A stretch of DNA of 64,000 bases from an uncultured virus (IMG/VR IMGVR_UViG_3300047356_001345). Taxonomy: Duplodnaviria; Heunggongvirae; Uroviricota; Caudoviricetes. Positions 60,349 to 64,000 of the stretch are shown here, one piece after another. The notes below the pieces were generated by a model. That model ran no database searches. It saw only the letters and a program-made list of their open reading frames with translations, and was not told the DNA's origin. Every line of letters begins with the position of its first letter. Within the stretch, counting starts at the first letter, position 1. Location of the stretch: IMG/VR virus record IMGVR_UViG_3300047356_001345; one strand, written 5' to 3'. Made by a program: the position numbers and the translations under genes.

Positions 60349-62283
60349 CTATATACCAAAGTTTCCTGAAATATTACTTGTAAAAGGCTTACCGTCATTC
60401 CAAAGCGGACTATGTAAAACTCTACTTGGGCCATCCCAAATGCTATCTTGATTATCAAAATTTATTTCTGGAGCAACAGTGATAGTTCCTTGCATAGAAC
60501 TATGGCTGCCACAAATATAATAATAAGTTCCTGGTAATGTCGGTGTCCATTGTACACCATTACCGCCATAAGATCCTTGACCTGTTGCAGCTGGCGTACT
60601 AACTTGATCGCCTGTGCCTGTAGTTGCAGCGTCTTTTATGTATAATGGATGTGAAACACCGGCATTATTAGTTATAGTCAATGTATCGCCTACCTGTATT
60701 GCTATACTATCATTATTACCTGATACACTACCATTTCTATCTGTTCCACTCATCACATATGCACTTGCTCCACTGTTTGTAGCAGTGATTGCATAAGAAG
60801 CAATAGTAGTTTTATCAGTGTTAATTAAATCTTGTTTAGCGTTTGCTTCTATATATGATTTAAATTGTGCAGGAGTCATTCCGGGATTAGCTTCTGCTAG
60901 ACAGGCAATCATACCTGCTACTTGAGGAGCTGCCATACTTGTACCTGATATTTTCATTAATTTGTAATTGCTATCTAATGGTGAATCTGGTCCGCCATAT
61001 GTACTATATTTTGCACTTGTACCACCGTTATCCGTTGAACCTATACTAATTATTTCTGTACCTGGAGCATATATGTTGACGCCAGGTCCTGCACAACTAG
61101 ATTCTGCTTTTTGCTCTAAGTTATTAGTATATGTAACATCCATATTGCCTACTATAAATGCGTCTTCGCTAAATGGAGAACTACCTCTAAATATTGCTTC
61201 TTGACCGCTACCAAAGTCACAAGTATCATCATAATGTGGACCAGTAGCAATATCAATGTAATAGTAACTGTTTCCTGATGCTACACAAAAAACTATGCCT
61301 TCATCTATACATTCTTGTATATCTGCATCTACACTAGCAACCCGTACATTTATACGTCTTGTTAACCCTAGTACAGGAACAACACCAACGTTAGCCCAGG
61401 CATTGTTACTACTGCTACCATAGTCTGCCCAACTCCAGCTGTTACCTAAATACACACCGCCTGTCGGGGTACTAGATCTATTTCCGCCATACCCCCAACT
61501 TGCATTCACAATTGTTGGACGCTTATATCCAGTCTTCGGGTCGATTGGTTTATTTCTATGCCATAACTTAATGGTATCAAAACAATCACTTACACTAATT
61601 CCAGTTCCGCTGTCGCCTGTGCCTTCTAATCCGTTAACTTTCATAGAATAAATTTGAGCATCTCTTGCCCATCCTTGTGTGCGTCCTGCGACTGTTCCGC
61701 CACAATGCGAACCGTGACCGTCATAATCTCTGTTAAAATTTGCATTTTGAGTGCCAGCAAGTCCGCTTTCTGTGTACCAATTAATTTGGTTTACTCTGCT
61801 TAAACCTGCACTGTCAGTAAACTCGGGATGGTCAACTTGTAAGCCGCTGTCTTGTATTACAACATCTACACCTTTTCCTGTTAATGTATATTTAAAATCA
61901 CCGGTAATAGTACCTGTTTGATTAAAGATATCAGTTGGGTTTGCACATCTAATAAGGCCCCAATTCAAGTCTGCTGACGCACCTGAACTTGTGCTTTTGG
62001 TCCAATTAGTACTATTTTGTACTGCATTTAATCCTATATCAATATCGTCTCTATCTTGGGGAGGAATTTGCACATCAACAACTCTATTATCACTACGTAG
62101 TGTTGTTGCTTCTGCATCTGTTAATGCGTAATGTGTATTTCTTTGGCTACCCGGTCTTGCATTTGCAACATCTACTGTCCTGTTTGGTATATCACCTGAT
62201 CCGGTATTGGCAACCATTTCTGTATTGAATGCAGCATAATCTACACCCGATTTTAGTGTTACAATATACTCTTTCTCGCTCAT
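60349..62283 (-). CDS. Subtilisin-like (S8) serine protease with N-terminal prodomain and a cupredoxin-like domain near the C-terminus
   Basis: Catalytic triad VIQDSG / DGHGSHCGG / SGTSMAAP, oxyanion ASGN; HPLYI...GTYYYICGSHSSMQG. Confidence 0.88.
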   Translation of the reverse strand: MSEKEYIVTLKSGVDYAAFNTEMVANTGSGDIPNRTVDVANARPGSQRNTHYALTDAEATTLRSDNRVVDVQIPPQDRDDIDIGLNAVQNSTNWTKSTSSGASADLNWGLIRCANPTDIFNQTGTITGDFKYTLTGKGVDVVIQDSGLQVDHPEFTDSAGLSRVNQINWYTESGLAGTQNANFNRDYDGHGSHCGGTVAGRTQGWARDAQIYSMKVNGLEGTGDSGTGISVSDCFDTIKLWHRNKPIDPKTGYKRPTIVNASWGYGGNRSSTPTGGVYLGNSWSWADYGSSSNNAWANVGVVPVLGLTRRINVRVASVDADIQECIDEGIVFCVASGNSYYYIDIATGPHYDDTCDFGSGQEAIFRGSSPFSEDAFIVGNMDVTYTNNLEQKAESSCAGPGVNIYAPGTEIISIGSTDNGGTSAKYSTYGGPDSPLDSNYKLMKISGTSMAAPQVAGMIACLAEANPGMTPAQFKSYIEANAKQDLINTDKTTIASYAITATNSGASAYVMSGTDRNGSVSGNNDSIAIQVGDTLTITNNAGVSHPLYIKDAATTGTGDQVSTPAATGQGSYGGNGVQWTPTLPGTYYYICGSHSSMQGTITVAPEINFDNQDSIWDGPSRVLHSPLWNDGKPFTSNISGNFGI

Positions 62284-62292
62284 TGAGGCTCC

Positions 62293-64000
62293 TTAGTGTA
62301 AGTCTACCCAAGCACCGTTTGCATATCCTTGGAATTTATTAGTAGTTGTATTGTATAACATATCACCGTTTTGGGAAGCCAGTGCATCACGTTCTGCTGT
62401 TGTAAACGTTGCAAATCTAACTGGCGATTGTGTTATAACAACTGCATTACCTGCAGTCAAGTTAAGGTTTGTTGCCGCTGTAATTTCTGGCGTACCAGTA
62501 CTAGTGCTCTCAAATCTGTCTGCTACTACTTTATTTGTTACAATTAAATCGTTTTCAACTGTAACATCGCTACTAAACACTGTAGATGGTGTTACTGTAA
62601 TAGCACCTGAATCATTTGAGTCTAGCACACTTGCTGTAAAAGTAAAGTTTCCTAATTCAGTTCCAATAACAACATCATCTGTAATACCGTATCCTGATAG
62701 TGTAGTTGGAGTAGATGTAACACCGCTCCAAGCAACTCCTCCTGCTGTACCACTTACATTACCAGTTACATCTCCTGTAAGATTTCCTGTAATTGCACCA
62801 GTAATAGTTATACCGTTTGTTGTTGTTTGCAGTTTTGAACTACCATTGTAATATAGTCTGACACCGGCGTCTTCTGTGGCATCGATTTGTATTTCGTTAT
62901 TTGCTGCATTTTTAACTTCTAATAAATTAGTTAAAATTTGTATTCCGCCGTCGCCGTTGTCACTAATTACACTTGCTGTTCCTGTATGGTAAATTTGTAA
63001 ATCGTCACCTGCACCAAATACTAAAGTGTCGTCTGTGCCTGGAATACCTGAATCACCAAATTTGAGATTAAAACCTCCTGAATCCATATTACCGCCAAGC
63101 ACTGGAGTAGTATCAGATGAAACTTCTGTAGTACCTGTAACAGTAATATTACCTTCTGCGTCACTTGCAGTTGTTATTGTACCAGCGCCTTTAATTAAGA
63201 AACTTTCTCCGCTGTTTATTAATCTTACAGTACTATCGTCGGCACCAACACCAATGTTACCTATACCGCCGCCACCGCCGGAACCAGCAACATCTACATC
63301 ATTTACCCACGCACTACCGTTGTATTTTAATACTTGTCCTGCTTGTGGAGTTGCAATAGTAACGTTACCTAAATCTGTAATATCGTTTGGTGCTAGGTTA
63401 ACTTTACCTGCTACGCCATCTACTAGTATAGTTGAATCATCAGCTACAAATGTACCTTTAAATGCTGTTGCTTGTACTTGTCCGGAAAATAGCCCACCAC
63501 CTGCAACATCTAAAGTTGCTGCTGGAGTGTATGTACCAATACCTAAACGACCAGTATTAGTGTGTGTTAGATATTCGGATTCTATATCAAAATTACCATT
63601 TGAACTTGTGCAAATTAATGTTTTGTCAGTACCAAAAGCAATAGAGTTATGAAAATATTCGCCATTTGTATCATCACGTCCGCCAAATATTGCCGATTCG
63701 TAATAAGTAGCACTGATATCTGAGGTTGCTGTTTTAATAAGAAATACCTTAGAAACATCATTATTGCCCTTTACTTTTAAGTTGAAATTACTGTTAGGAT
63801 TTGTGGCATTTAAATCAAAGCCTTGTAACACGTTATATACTGTGTCACCGGAGTTTGTAATGTTTCCTGTACTATCGAAAGATAAATTACCAATTGTTGC
63901 CGATGATGCATTAATAGTATTGTTATTACCATCTACTATTACAGTTGAATCGTCACCGAATACACTACCAGATAAATCGCCATCAAAACTACCATTAAAC
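62293..64000 (-). CDS. Virion fibre-like structural protein; 5' end lies beyond the window
   Basis: Frame stays open to the window end (FNGSFDGDLSGSVFGDDSTVIVDG...); GRLGIGT..P.ATLDV, GQVLKYNGSAWVN and PTTLSGYGITD fibre motifs. Confidence 0.75.
   Translation of the reverse strand, partial: FNGSFDGDLSGSVFGDDSTVIVDGNNNTINASSATIGNLSFDSTGNITNSGDTVYNVLQGFDLNATNPNSNFNLKVKGNNDVSKVFLIKTATSDISATYYESAIFGGRDDTNGEYFHNSIAFGTDKTLICTSSNGNFDIESEYLTHTNTGRLGIGTYTPAATLDVAGGGLFSGQVQATAFKGTFVADDSTILVDGVAGKVNLAPNDITDLGNVTIATPQAGQVLKYNGSAWVNDVDVAGSGGGGGIGNIGVGADDSTVRLINSGESFLIKGAGTITTASDAEGNITVTGTTEVSSDTTPVLGGNMDSGGFNLKFGDSGIPGTDDTLVFGAGDDLQIYHTGTASVISDNGDGGIQILTNLLEVKNAANNEIQIDATEDAGVRLYYNGSSKLQTTTNGITITGAITGNLTGDVTGNVSGTAGGVAWSGVTSTPTTLSGYGITDDVVIGTELGNFTFTASVLDSNDSGAITVTPSTVFSSDVTVENDLIVTNKVVADRFESTSTGTPEITAATNLNLTAGNAVVITQSPVRFATFTTAERDALASQNGDMLYNTTTNKFQGYANGAWVDLH

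Noticed and set aside
177..63652. Numerous short antisense or alternate-frame ORFs in the track (e.g. 6624-7007, 13431-13976, 15539-16237, 62351-62851, 63026-63652)
   Set aside because: They lie wholly or almost wholly within longer motif-bearing genes and read as codon-bias shadows, with no SD, promoter or domain support.
1..64000. Stop-codon reassignment, as seen in some large phages
   Set aside because: Genes tile densely under the standard code, and TAA, TGA and TAG all terminate genes at sensible boundaries.
1..64000. tRNA, rRNA, introns, inteins or transposases
   Set aside because: Intergenic gaps are all under about 70 nt, and I saw no split genes or intein, homing-endonuclease or transposase motifs.

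Overview
AT-rich, gene-dense segment of a large T4-like (myovirus/jumbo-type) bacteriophage genome, standard genetic code. Left arm (1-20 kb): virion structural module with a >3,869-aa protein truncated by the window edge, three paralogous tail-fibre proteins (one with a tail-collar domain, one with a Peptidase_G2-type chaperone tail) and two paralogous baseplate/fibre-like proteins. Right arm (60.3-64 kb, minus strand): an S8 protease fused to a cupredoxin-like domain, and another fibre-like protein. Between them (20.1-60.3 kb) is a ~40-kb, mostly translationally coupled tailoring-enzyme island: 10 radical SAM enzymes in three architectures, 9 2OG-Fe(II)/AspH-like oxygenases, 6 glycosyltransferase-like proteins, a UDP-sugar dehydrogenase, a nucleotidyltransferase, 3 minimal SDRs, 2 nitroreductases, 2 PLP enzymes, 2 SGNH proteins, 2 GNAT-like proteins, a QueC-like PP-loop ATPase, a sulfotransferase-like protein, a SET-domain protein, a methyltransferase and a desaturase. 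This island is the main candidate for an undescribed system: most plausibly virion glycan/protein hypermodification, alternatively DNA or host-envelope modification. Its substrate cannot be determined from sequence alone. Two non-coding signals stand out: (i) near-consensus sigma70 promoters and TAAATA late-type motifs 4-6 nt before ATG codons, implying leaderless mRNAs; (ii) apparent window-wide avoidance of CATG. All family assignments come from reading motifs by eye; no searches were run.
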